Shown here in pieces: positions 37,947 through 47,226 of a stretch of DNA of 64,000 bases. Source of the DNA: Verrucomicrobiales bacterium. Lineage in GTDB: Bacteria > Verrucomicrobiota > Verrucomicrobiia > Verrucomicrobiales > SLCJ01. The notes under the pieces are model-generated. The model had not been told where the DNA came from. It was given only the letters and a program-made list of their open reading frames with translations, and searched no databases. A program made the position numbers and the translations under genes. Numbering within the stretch: position 1 is the stretch's first letter; each line of letters opens with the position of its first letter. The stretch lies in the NCBI GenBank assembly GCA_046075565.1, contig JBJTQJ010000031.1, positions 29,493 through 93,492 on the forward strand, read 5' to 3'.

Positions 37947-39602
37947 ATGTTGACGCACCTCCGCATCCAAAATCTCGCCCTTGTCGAAGACCTCTCCTGG
38001 GAGCTGGCCCCGGGCCTCATCGGCATCACCGGGGAAACCGGAGCCGGGAAATCCGTCATTGTGGGGGCTCTGAAATTGCTCATTGGCGAGCGGGCCGACC
38101 GCACCCTCCTGCGCGCCGGGGCCGAGCAATGCACCGTGGAAGCCGTTTTCCAACTTGGCGATACCAGCGGCCTCGACGAGCAACTCGACGAGGCCGGCCT
38201 CACCCCCTGTGAGGGCGGTCAGTTGGTGCTGAAACGCAGCTTTACCGCCGCCGGGGCCAACCGCCAGTTCGTGAATTGCTCCCCCGCCACCCTGCAGCTT
38301 CTGAAACAACTCGGCGATGATCTCGTGGATCTGCACGGCCCGCACGACCACCAGTCCCTGCTGGCGCGCGACCGCCAACTCGCCCTGCTCGACGCCTACG
38401 CCGGTGCCACCAAGGAGCGTGCCGATTACGCCGGTGCCTGGACCACCTGGCTGCGCGCCCAGCGCGACTTCGAGGACCTGCGGGATGCCGAACAAGCCGG
38501 CCAGCAGGAAATCGAACTTTTGCGCCATCAGGTTTCGGAAATCGACAATGCCAAGTTGAACCCCGACGAGGAAAACGACCTGCTCGAACGTTACCGCCGC
38601 TCGACCCACGGGGCGCGCCTCGCTGAAGCGGCCGGCCACATGCTCGGCACCCTTTCCGAAGCCGACGAATCCGTGCTGGAACGGCTCGGCGAAGCCCAAC
38701 GCCTCGCCCGTGACATCGAACGCCTCGATCCCGGTATGGCCGACCGCCTCCAGTCCTTGCAAACCGCCACGGTCGAACTCGAGGAACTCGCCGACAGTCT
38801 CCGCGACTACCTCGGGGAACTCGAAATGGACCCCGCCGAAGCTCGCGTGCTCGAGGACCGCGTCAATACCATAGAGTCCCTCAAACGCAAATACGGTTCT
38901 GGCATCCCGGAAATCCTTGCCTGGCGGGAAAAAGCCGCCACCCGGCTCGGGCGCATCGAAAACCGCGGGGAAGAAATCGTCCGCCTCGAAGCCGCCGCCA
39001 AAGCCGCGGAAGAAGAAACCCGCAAAGCCGCCGCCAAACTCTCCGCCAAACGCCGCAAGGGCGCCCCGAAACTCGGCAAGGAAATCGCCGGTCACCTCGC
39101 CGACCTCGGCTTCAAACGTTCTGAATTCGAAGTCGCCCTCGAAGCCATCGCTCCCGGACCGCACGGCACGGAAGCCGTCGAATTCCTCTTTATGCCCAAC
39201 CCCGGCGAACCCGCGCGCCCGCTCCGCCTCATTGCTTCCAGCGGCGAAGTCTCGCGTGTCATGCTGGCGGTAAAAAGCGCCCTCGCCGAGCAGGACGCCG
39301 TGCCATTGCTCATCTTCGATGAAATCGACGCCAATGTCGGTGGTGAAATCGCCACCGCCGTCGGGGCGAAAATGGCTTCACTCGCCCGCGCCCACCAGGT
39401 TGTCACCATCACCCATTTGCCGCAGGTCGCATCCCAAGCCGCAACCCACTTCGTCGTCACCAAAGAAGTGGCCGACGGTCGCACGCGCTCGCTCCTCGAA
39501 CTCGTCACCGGCGACGAGCGTGTGGCCGAACTCGCGCGGATGCTCGGAGGAAAATCGAAGTCCGCCCTCGAACATGCACGGGCCTTGTTAGCCGATGGTT
39601 GA
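37947..39602 (+). CDS. recN: DNA repair protein RecN
   Basis: TGETGAGKS Walker A, HGPHDHQSLL, ASSGEVSRVML, FDEIDANVGG, THLPQVA. Confidence 0.97.
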   Translation: MLTHLRIQNLALVEDLSWELAPGLIGITGETGAGKSVIVGALKLLIGERADRTLLRAGAEQCTVEAVFQLGDTSGLDEQLDEAGLTPCEGGQLVLKRSFTAAGANRQFVNCSPATLQLLKQLGDDLVDLHGPHDHQSLLARDRQLALLDAYAGATKERADYAGAWTTWLRAQRDFEDLRDAEQAGQQEIELLRHQVSEIDNAKLNPDEENDLLERYRRSTHGARLAEAAGHMLGTLSEADESVLERLGEAQRLARDIERLDPGMADRLQSLQTATVELEELADSLRDYLGELEMDPAEARVLEDRVNTIESLKRKYGSGIPEILAWREKAATRLGRIENRGEEIVRLEAAAKAAEEETRKAAAKLSAKRRKGAPKLGKEIAGHLADLGFKRSEFEVALEAIAPGPHGTEAVEFLFMPNPGEPARPLRLIASSGEVSRVMLAVKSALAEQDAVPLLIFDEIDANVGGEIATAVGAKMASLARAHQVVTITHLPQVASQAATHFVVTKEVADGRTRSLLELVTGDERVAELARMLGGKSKSALEHARALLADG

Positions 39603-39700
39603 GTGGTGTGTGGGAGCAATGGATCTAGAATGGTATCCATGTCCGAACCCACACTCTTCATAGGGGGGGTAGTTCATTGTCACCGGGCATTCGCGCCCGC

Positions 39701-39844
39701 CCAAGAGCTGGGAAGAATCCCAGCAGTCCAAGAGCCTGCGGCGCTCACGCGGCAAAGCTCTCATGGACATTCACGCTATCGATTTCAATCATCGCACACT
39801 TTACCGCCGGAGGCTCTGGACTGCGGTGGTTCCTCCACCGCTCT
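39701..39844. repeat. REP-like inverted doublet
   Basis: GCTGGGAAGAATCCCAGCAGTCCAAGAGCC and inverted GGCTCTGGACTGCGGTGGTTCCTCCACCGC between convergent recN and nspC. Confidence 0.6.
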
Positions 39845-39955
39845 GAGGGTGCGGCTACCTTGTCCCCGAAATCAGGGAAGATTTGGCGGCTTCTTCACGC
39901 GCATGGCCTGTGGCCGCATGTGTCCAGATTTCATGCGGAGGGATCTCGATTGTTC

Positions 39956-41128
39956 TCACGACAAACGATCCCGGTAGTCTTCGTAGTGGAACTCCCGCAC
40001 CACGCGGGTTTCGCCGGATTCCGGATCCACCGTCGCGATGGCGGGGTGGCGGACGCCATTGAAAGTGGTGGTTTTGACCATGGTATAGTGGGCCATGTCG
40101 TCGAAGACGAGCACGTCGCCCGGCGCGAGCGGACGCGGGAAAACGTAATCGCCAATCACGTCGCCGGCCAGACAGGTCGGACCACCGAGTCGATAGATAT
40201 GGCCTGCGGCTCCGGGCTCGCCCGCGGGTTCCTTTTCGCCTTCGAGATACACGGCGGGACGATACGGCATTTCAAGCACATCCGGCATGTGAGCCGTTGC
40301 GGAGACATCGAGGATGGCGATGTCGAGCGCGTTGTGGGTGATGTCCACCACGGTCGCACGCAACACGCCCGTATGGATGGCGATGGCTTCACCGGGCTCC
40401 AGCCAGACATGCACGTTGTAACGCGCGGAAAACTCTTTCACCAGGCGGACGAGCAACGCGCGGTTGTAATCGGGTTTGGTGATCCAATGACCGCCACCCA
40501 TATTCACCCACGTGATTTCCGGGCGGGAGAGAATGTGGCCGAATTTCTCCTCCACGGCCGCGAGGGTGATTTCGAGATCTTCGGAGCCTTGTTCGCAGAG
40601 CGTATGGAAGTGCAGGCCGGAGATGCCGGTGAGATCCATATCCGCGAGGGCGCTGGCGGTGATGCCGAGGCGTGAACCGGCCACACAGGGATCATAGATG
40701 GCGGTTTGTCCGGTCGAACACTCGGGATTTATCCGCAAGCCGCAGCGCACCTGGCCGTTTTGGAAACGCGGATGGGCCATGATGGCCGGGCGGAATCTCT
40801 CCCATTGTCCCGGCGAGTTGAAATCGAGGTGATCGGTGATCTCCAACAGCGCGGCGATTTCGTCGTCCTTGTAAGCCGGGGAATACGTGAGCACTTCGCC
40901 GCCGAATTCCTCGCGCGCCAGCCGCGCCTCCCAGAGGCCGCTGGCACAACAGCCCTTGAGGTATTGGCGGATGAGCGGAAAGACCGACCACATGGAGAAA
41001 CCCTTGAGGGCGAGCACGATGGCGCAATCGGCTTCGTCCGCCACGTTCTTCAAGATCGAAAGGTTTCGCCGCAATGCGGCCAGATCGACCACATAACAAG
41101 GGCTCGGTAAGGTTTCGTGGGTTGGCAT
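39956..41128 (-). CDS. nspC: Carboxynorspermidine decarboxylase
   Basis: LALKGF PLP lysine, GLRINP, GLHFHTLCEQ, NMGGGH, EPGEA, TCLAGD, HYTMVKTTTFNG. Confidence 0.93.
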   Translation of the reverse strand: MPTHETLPSPCYVVDLAALRRNLSILKNVADEADCAIVLALKGFSMWSVFPLIRQYLKGCCASGLWEARLAREEFGGEVLTYSPAYKDDEIAALLEITDHLDFNSPGQWERFRPAIMAHPRFQNGQVRCGLRINPECSTGQTAIYDPCVAGSRLGITASALADMDLTGISGLHFHTLCEQGSEDLEITLAAVEEKFGHILSRPEITWVNMGGGHWITKPDYNRALLVRLVKEFSARYNVHVWLEPGEAIAIHTGVLRATVVDITHNALDIAILDVSATAHMPDVLEMPYRPAVYLEGEKEPAGEPGAAGHIYRLGGPTCLAGDVIGDYVFPRPLAPGDVLVFDDMAHYTMVKTTTFNGVRHPAIATVDPESGETRVVREFHYEDYRDRLS

Positions 41129-41135
41129 GGACGGT

Positions 41136-43043
41136 CTACAATTCGATTTGCGCGCCCAACTCGATCACCCGATTGGGAGGGATACGGAAGAATTCCATCG
41201 CGCTCTGGGAACTCCGCGAGAGCAACGCGAAATACTTGGCCTGCCAGTAGGGCATATTCTTGCGGGTGGCCACAATCGTCTCGCGCCCGAGGAAGTAGCT
41301 GGTGCTTTCCGGTTTGATCACCAGGCCGTGTTCGGCGCAGGTGGCGAGGATGGCCGGCACGTCCGCCTGTTCCATGAAACCGAAACGCGCCACCACTCGC
41401 CAGATGCCCAGGCTGAGGTCGGCCACTTCGATCCGTTCCTCATCCGGCACGCGCGGGGTGCGCTCCGTTTGTACGGTGAGGATGATGGTTTTCTGATGCA
41501 GCACCTGGTTGTGCTTCAGATTGTGCAACAGGGCCTGGGGGGTAAAGCCGCCGGAAGCGGAAAGATAAACGGCGGTGCCTCTCACGCGCGCCGGTCCGCC
41601 TTGACTTAGCGAGGCCACCAGATCGTCGAGCGGCAGGCTCATCTCGGAGAATTTGTCTCCCAGCACCACGCGGCCCTTTTTCCAAGTGAGCATGGTGAAC
41701 AATAGCACCGCGCCAATACTCAGCGGCACCCAACCGCCTTGGGCGACCTTGGTCAAATTCGCCGCAATGAATCCGAATTCGATCAGCCCGAACAATCCGC
41801 AAATGCTCCAGACTTTCCATGCCGGCCACTGCCAGCGCCGCATGGCGATTTGCGAGAGCAGAATGGTCGTGATGAACATGGTCAAACAGACCGCGATACC
41901 GTAGGCGGCCGCGAGATTGCTTGACGTCTGGAAGGTCAGCACGAGGGCGATGCTGCCGACCATGATGGCGCGGTTGATCGGAGCGATGTAGATCTGCCCG
42001 TGCTGGCTTTCCGATGTGTGCTGGATGGAGAGACGTGGCGTGAATCCCATTTGCACCGCCTGCATGGCGAGGGAGAAGGCTCCGGAAATCAGTGCTTGGG
42101 ACGCGATGACCGCCGCCATCGCTCCCAAGATGACCAGTGGGTAAAGGAACCAGTCGGGTGCGAGCTGGTGGAAAGGGGAGACAATTTTCCCCGGCTCCTC
42201 CACCGAAAGCATGAGCGCCCCTTGACCGAGATAATTCAATAACAAACAGGGCAGCACCACATAGAACCACGCCAACCGGATCGGACGCCGCCCGAAGTGG
42301 CCCATGTCGGCATACAACGCCTCACCACCGGTGACCACGAGGAAGACACCGCCGAGCGTGATGGCGGACTCCCATTTGTGTTCGATCAGGAATCGCAAGG
42401 CGTGCCATGGATTGAAGGCGGCCATGACTTCCGGATTGAGGGTGATGCCCCGAATCCCCAGGATGCCGATGGTGATGAACCAGACCAAGGTGATCGGTCC
42501 GAATAACACGCCCACTTTACCCGTGCCCCTTTTTTGAATGGAAAACAACACCACGAGAATCCCGATGGTGATTGGTACAATGGCTTTTTCAAAGGCCGGT
42601 GTGGCCACCTTCAAGCCCTCTACCGCCGAGAGCACGGAAATCGCCGGCGTGATGATGCCTTCGCCGAAAAGAAAGGCGGTGCCGAGCAAGGCCAGCACGA
42701 CCATGGTGAAACTGCGCGTGCTCATCGCCTTGCCCGCGCGCACAGGGCCCGGAAATCCCAGAGCGAGCAGGGCCATCATGCCGCCCTCGCCGTGGTTGTC
42801 TGCCCGCATCACCACCGACAGGTATTTTCCCGAAATGAGGAGCAGCAAGGACCAGATGATGAGAGAGAGAATCCCGATGATATTGTCGGGGGTCGGGGGC
42901 AAGGCCCCGTGGCCGTTGTGTCCGGCCAGGGCTTCCCGGAGCGCGTAGAGCGGGCTCGTTCCGATGTCCCCATAAACAACCCCGAGGGCACCCAAGGCCA
43001 GCAAGGCCGTGCGGCGGGGGGAGGAATCGGCGGTGGACGACAT
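41136..43043 (-). CDS. kup: KUP/HAK/KT potassium transporter
   Basis: GVVYGDIGTSPLY, RADNHGEGG, TGGEALYADMGHFG, AAAYGIAV, HNLKHN. Confidence 0.96.
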   Translation of the reverse strand: MSSTADSSPRRTALLALGALGVVYGDIGTSPLYALREALAGHNGHGALPPTPDNIIGILSLIIWSLLLLISGKYLSVVMRADNHGEGGMMALLALGFPGPVRAGKAMSTRSFTMVVLALLGTAFLFGEGIITPAISVLSAVEGLKVATPAFEKAIVPITIGILVVLFSIQKRGTGKVGVLFGPITLVWFITIGILGIRGITLNPEVMAAFNPWHALRFLIEHKWESAITLGGVFLVVTGGEALYADMGHFGRRPIRLAWFYVVLPCLLLNYLGQGALMLSVEEPGKIVSPFHQLAPDWFLYPLVILGAMAAVIASQALISGAFSLAMQAVQMGFTPRLSIQHTSESQHGQIYIAPINRAIMVGSIALVLTFQTSSNLAAAYGIAVCLTMFITTILLSQIAMRRWQWPAWKVWSICGLFGLIEFGFIAANLTKVAQGGWVPLSIGAVLLFTMLTWKKGRVVLGDKFSEMSLPLDDLVASLSQGGPARVRGTAVYLSASGGFTPQALLHNLKHNQVLHQKTIILTVQTERTPRVPDEERIEVADLSLGIWRVVARFGFMEQADVPAILATCAEHGLVIKPESTSYFLGRETIVATRKNMPYWQAKYFALLSRSSQSAMEFFRIPPNRVIELGAQIEL

Positions 43044-43228
43044 GCTGGATGGTCCGTCGCGGCGGGTTGCCCAGCCGGAATCGGGTGCGAGACGGATAAT
43101 GAACCCCGAATCACCCTTTCCGCAAGCCCGTCCTCGCTTCCGTCTGCGCCTGACGGAGCCAAAATCTCTGCTCCCGCACCCACGCATTCGCATTTGCCCG
43201 CACCCCCAACCGAGTGCATGAATGGGCC

Positions 43229-43723
43229 ATGGAAACCACATTTCCCGCTCCACCCATTCCAACCGGCCGAGGTCGGGCCGACTTCGCGGCTCTCGGTGAA
43301 ATCTGGCGTGCCATGGTGGAGGGCGAATCCGATCCCATCGCACGGATGGCAACGGCCGCCGCGCTCATTTACCAATCCGACGATCGTGTGAACTGGGCCG
43401 GTTTTTATCGTGCCGACAGCGCGACGGGCGGGCTTGTGCTCGGTCCTTACCAGGGAGCGCCCGGATGTTTGCGTATCGCGGCAGGCCGCGGGGTCTGCGG
43501 TGCCGCCGCCGCCAGCGGCCAAACCCAAATCGTGCCCGACGTGCATGCTTTCCCCGGCCACATCGCCTGCGACGCGCGCTCGCGCTCGGAACTCGTCATC
43601 CCTGTCTTCGACTCCGGCGGCCATGTGTCCGCCGTCCTCGATCTGGACAGTCATCTTCCGGACGCGTTTTCCGAAGACGACGCCCGTGCGTTGGAAAGTT
43701 GGTTTGCGGTTGGAGAGTTGTGA
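43229..43723 (+). CDS. msrC: GAF-domain protein, free methionine-(R)-sulfoxide reductase-like
   Basis: NWAGFY, LGPYQG..GCLRI..GRGVCG, DVHAFPGHIACD..SRSELVIP, VLDLDS. Confidence 0.8.
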   Translation: METTFPAPPIPTGRGRADFAALGEIWRAMVEGESDPIARMATAAALIYQSDDRVNWAGFYRADSATGGLVLGPYQGAPGCLRIAAGRGVCGAAAASGQTQIVPDVHAFPGHIACDARSRSELVIPVFDSGGHVSAVLDLDSHLPDAFSEDDARALESWFAVGEL

Positions 43724-43727
43724 TCTC

Positions 43728-46169
43728 TTACTCGAAGGTCACGTCGAACTCCAACCGATCCAACGATTTGGTCACCTTGCCGGTTTCCTGATCAAAATCG
43801 ATCATCCGAAGGGCGAAGCGGTGGGTGTAGCTGCCATCGCGGTTGCGGTCGGTATGCCAGACGCCCGACCAGCCGAACGGTTTCTCCGGTGCTTCGCACA
43901 GGGTGAGGGATTTGATCTTCTTGTCCGAGCGGAACTCCGCCTTCACCAGCGGGGTTTCGACATCCCGCTCCTCGGGTCCCCAACTGTTCAGCGAAAATGC
44001 GCCCGCGCCTCTGACCACGAAGAGGTCCCGCTTCGCCCACTTCTTCCAATCCGGCGGCACGAACATTTTCACGCTTTCCCATTTTGCCGGAGCATGAACA
44101 ATCAAGCGATTGCCATCCAACTCCGTCTTCGCCGGAGCTGAAAGCGGCTGACCCGGCGGTTTGATGGAAACGGCCGGATCGCCGAGCAGGGTATTCGCGT
44201 GCAGGGTGTGCCAATAAGCGTAGGAGTCGCCGCCTTCTCCGAGTTCCTTGAGGATCAAAAAGCTGATGTTCTGCCCCTGACGGTGGGATGCCCCGACGCT
44301 CTTGCCAGAAAGCACCCCATTCCAGAACTCCTGACGGATGGGCAGGTTTTCCGCCATCATTTCCCGCGATCCTCCGGAAAAACTCACCGCGCCGAGCCTG
44401 AAGAGACGGGAGACCACGGAGCGGTGTTTGGTCGCGAGTTCCGGACTTTCCGCGCCCGTCGCACCTTCGGTGATGGCTTGCCCCGGGGCGCTGCGATCCA
44501 GCGATGTCGTGCCGCAACCGCCGGATTCCACGATGGTTGGAGCCATGAGAACCGTCGCATCCCACTTCATCATGCTACCGAGTTCAAAATTCCAGGAATG
44601 GTTCGAGTGAGCCAGCAACTTGGCGGATGCGAGCGGAGAATCTTGTTTGAAGCTTGTCGCCCGCTTTCCTTTCTTGCCCTTCGATGGGGGCTCAACAAAA
44701 GGAATATCTTCGTCGGTCAACCGATAGCTGGCATCGAATCCTGCGTTGGTGAAGGCAGGTGCGAGCGTATTCTCCCATTCCGCTTGGCAGGCCCGTTTCG
44801 CCCAGGTGTCATCTAGCAAATCCTGATAGGTGAGCACACGGGCCGCATACAAACTGCCGAAGCTCACATGCTCCGCAACGACCCGGCCCACGCCGATCCG
44901 CGATGATTTTTCTTCACCGATCATCGCGTAAGGCAGGTCGGTGGCGATGTCGGATGAGAGAGTGTTGCCGCGAACCAAGGATTGGGGAATGGCATCCGGC
45001 AAACCTACCAGACAAAGGTGTTCCGGGTGGTTGTCGAGAATCTTGTAGTATTCCTCGAGTCGGGTTTTTACCACATCGACCCGCGGCCAAGTGATGTGGA
45101 CATCCGCATCGTGGAAGCTGCTGCCGATGCCCAGCGAAACCGTCCATTCCCTCCCATCCAGCTCGATGGAATCACCGGAGTGCATGGGGCCGGTGAAGTT
45201 GCCGGAACCTTCCCGGTCGATGAACAAAGTCGGATCGCTGCCACCGGGCTTCCCGCAGAGAATGTAGGGGACACTGGCTGAGCCAACCGAGATCACGCCC
45301 GTTCTGCAGGCGGGCTTCTGATTGCGGAATTTTTCCGGAAGTTCCTTTTCCGGTTCTTGCGACTTGAAAGGTTTTTTCCACTGCACATCAAAGGGCAAAG
45401 GTGCGACCAGACCATCTCTGCCGGCAGCGAGTTGGGCTCCGACCATGGACATTTTCTTCAATTTCGACTTAGCTCGATCCAAAGGATTGACTGCCGCGAT
45501 GTAGGCGACGTCGATGCCTTGTTCCTTCGCCCACTTCATGACCTCTTCGGCTCCTGCAAGATTGGTCGCGTCCGCTACCTTCAGGTTCGAACCGATCGAC
45601 AAAACGCGCTTGGCCCCGAGACGTTTCAGTTCCGTTTCCGTGGCCGGGGAAACACCGGAGTCGGAGGCGAAGAGCAGAGGGGCTTTGAGCAGGGCCGCCA
45701 GCGGTGCCGCCATCAACGCGCTTTGATATTCATCGTCCTTGCAGATCACCACCGTCTCGCTCGCCTGCCAGAAAGTCCGGGACAGAAGAAGCGCCGCTTC
45801 CTGCGAGGATGCCGCGGACAAAGCGGTGACCTGAGCCCCGTTGTTGTCGGGAAGTTTGACACCTTCGGCGGGCTGCTCCGCCCCTGTAAGCAGATAAACC
45901 GAGTCCGGTTTGTATCGCCGCAGGTAGTCGCCCATCTCCGGGCCAATGGCCATGTTCGGCTCAAGGGCGATCAGCGATGCGCCGACCGGATTTGCCTTCT
46001 CGGCTGCCGGAATTGCCGCCAGATAGGCCATGTCACGCCAGGTAGGCTCCTCGTCCAATGGAACAAGCAAAGTGGCTTTCGAGCCGGCGACTGCATTCAA
46101 TGACGAAATGATAACCAAGGAAAGACCCAGCACGAGGCGGGTGAGGAGTGGATGGAACCTTTGGATCAT
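43728..46169 (-). CDS. Secreted protein with a cell-wall-binding-2-like region and a C25 (gingipain/caspase-like) peptidase domain
   Basis: AAPLAALLKAPLLF (CW_binding_2-like); LCLVG..IP, TDLPYA, IGVGRV, HSNHS, ESGGC and LLGDP (C25-like). Confidence 0.6.
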   Translation of the reverse strand: MIQRFHPLLTRLVLGLSLVIISSLNAVAGSKATLLVPLDEEPTWRDMAYLAAIPAAEKANPVGASLIALEPNMAIGPEMGDYLRRYKPDSVYLLTGAEQPAEGVKLPDNNGAQVTALSAASSQEAALLLSRTFWQASETVVICKDDEYQSALMAAPLAALLKAPLLFASDSGVSPATETELKRLGAKRVLSIGSNLKVADATNLAGAEEVMKWAKEQGIDVAYIAAVNPLDRAKSKLKKMSMVGAQLAAGRDGLVAPLPFDVQWKKPFKSQEPEKELPEKFRNQKPACRTGVISVGSASVPYILCGKPGGSDPTLFIDREGSGNFTGPMHSGDSIELDGREWTVSLGIGSSFHDADVHITWPRVDVVKTRLEEYYKILDNHPEHLCLVGLPDAIPQSLVRGNTLSSDIATDLPYAMIGEEKSSRIGVGRVVAEHVSFGSLYAARVLTYQDLLDDTWAKRACQAEWENTLAPAFTNAGFDASYRLTDEDIPFVEPPSKGKKGKRATSFKQDSPLASAKLLAHSNHSWNFELGSMMKWDATVLMAPTIVESGGCGTTSLDRSAPGQAITEGATGAESPELATKHRSVVSRLFRLGAVSFSGGSREMMAENLPIRQEFWNGVLSGKSVGASHRQGQNISFLILKELGEGGDSYAYWHTLHANTLLGDPAVSIKPPGQPLSAPAKTELDGNRLIVHAPAKWESVKMFVPPDWKKWAKRDLFVVRGAGAFSLNSWGPEERDVETPLVKAEFRSDKKIKSLTLCEAPEKPFGWSGVWHTDRNRDGSYTHRFALRMIDFDQETGKVTKSLDRLEFDVTFE

Positions 46170-46285
46170 GGGAAGTGGCTGGCTCGGACACATTCCGGGA
46201 ATGCTGTGGTCCCATACGCTCCGGCGGGGCTCTGGCTTTCAGTTTGGGTGGGAAGCATGGTTGCGTTTGTCTCCGGGTTAAAATT

Positions 46286-46358
46286 GGTCGGACCCCGATG
46301 AAGTCGGGGCTGCCAACACTCCAAAACGACTGCCGTCTCTTTGGCGTGCCGTGTGATC
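46286..46358. repeat. REP-like element with an inner CCCCGA..TCGGGG palindrome
   Basis: CCCCGATGAAGTCGGGGCTGCCAACACTCCA, similar to the element at 56121-56212. Confidence 0.55.
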
Positions 46359-46635
46359 GCCCCATCAGAAGGGCATCGGTCGTCTGCACACAGGCCTCGT
46401 GGTTTTTCGCGTGGAACTGCGCCAGTGCCTTCAGATACGTGGCATGATCCGCCGCCTCCCCCTTGGCCGCGAGAACTTTGTCGGCGCTGGCAATCGCGTC
46501 GGCGAATCGCCGGGTTTGCAAAGCTGAGGAAATCTCTTCAACGGTCGGGGCGGCGGGGAGACCGCTGGCCGCCAGCATCAGGGCGGCGATGGAACATAAC
46601 CAGGGATTACGGGATGGGCGAATTTGCGTTTCCAT
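46359..46635 (-). pseudogene. 5' fragment of a secreted TPR-like protein
   Basis: Signal peptide plus one helical repeat (FADAIASADK..YLKALAQF), then reads into the REP element. Confidence 0.55.
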
Positions 46636-46880
46636 GGCATGGACGGAGGAAAGCACGGGAGAAAGACAGATCTCCTCAAAGGAGGCGACACGAACGTCGG
46701 CAATTTCTTGGAAAACTTCCCCGTGATCAGACCATTGAGCCACAATTGGAGGGCGGGGTCAATCACTCGCGGCGCGAGTTTACCTTGAGTTTACGTGGGC
46801 GGGGGAGCGGGCCCGTATCGGTAAGGGGAGGCGCTTGATTGGAGGCGAACCAAACGCGGGTTCGCGAAGTGGCCGAGCCA

Positions 46881-46986
46881 AGGCAGGGACGTTTGTCCCC
46901 AAACGTCCGCGGGGAAGATCCACCACGCTTTGGCGCTTTCCTCGGCCTCACGATCTCACGGACCGCTGGGACAGCGGTCCCTGCCT
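46881..46986. repeat. REPIN-like doublet
   Basis: Inverted termini AGGCAGGGAC / GTCCCTGCCT, each with an inner hairpin (GGACGTTTG..CAAACGTCC; GGACCGCTG..CAGCGGTCC). Confidence 0.7.
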
Positions 46987-47039
46987 GTCGATTGAACTGG
47001 CGCGTTGAATGGTCATGGTCGGATCCGAGAGCTTTCGCC

Positions 47040-47142
47040 CGACGCTTCAGGGTCGTTGCAAGGGCAGGTCCAATGGACCAACCCTGGGCTTCGGGGCGAA
47101 ACCTCTTCAGTGTCTATTCTTCTTACAATCCCGTCGGGATTG
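47040..47142. repeat. REP-like element of the CAATCCC..GGGATTG family
   Basis: CAATCCCGTCGGGATTG, matching CAATCCCAACGGGATTG at 61962. Confidence 0.55.
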
Positions 47143-47168
47143 AAGAATGAACTCGCATCAATTGATGC

Positions 47169-47201
47169 AAAAAGGGCGCGGACGGTGAACCGCCCGCGCC
47201 C
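47169..47201 (-). terminator. Rho-independent terminator of pnp
   Basis: GGGCGCGGGCGG-TTCA-CCGTCCGCGCCC-TTTTT, about 25 nt after the stop. Confidence 0.85.
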
Positions 47202-47226
47202 CGGAGATGGTGGAATCGAAGATTTG

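Noticed and set aside
43044-43228. c-di-AMP (ydaO) riboswitch upstream of kup
   Set aside because: Only a scattered resemblance (GGGTGATTC, CCCGA); the conserved GGGGGA/CAGCTAAC core is absent.
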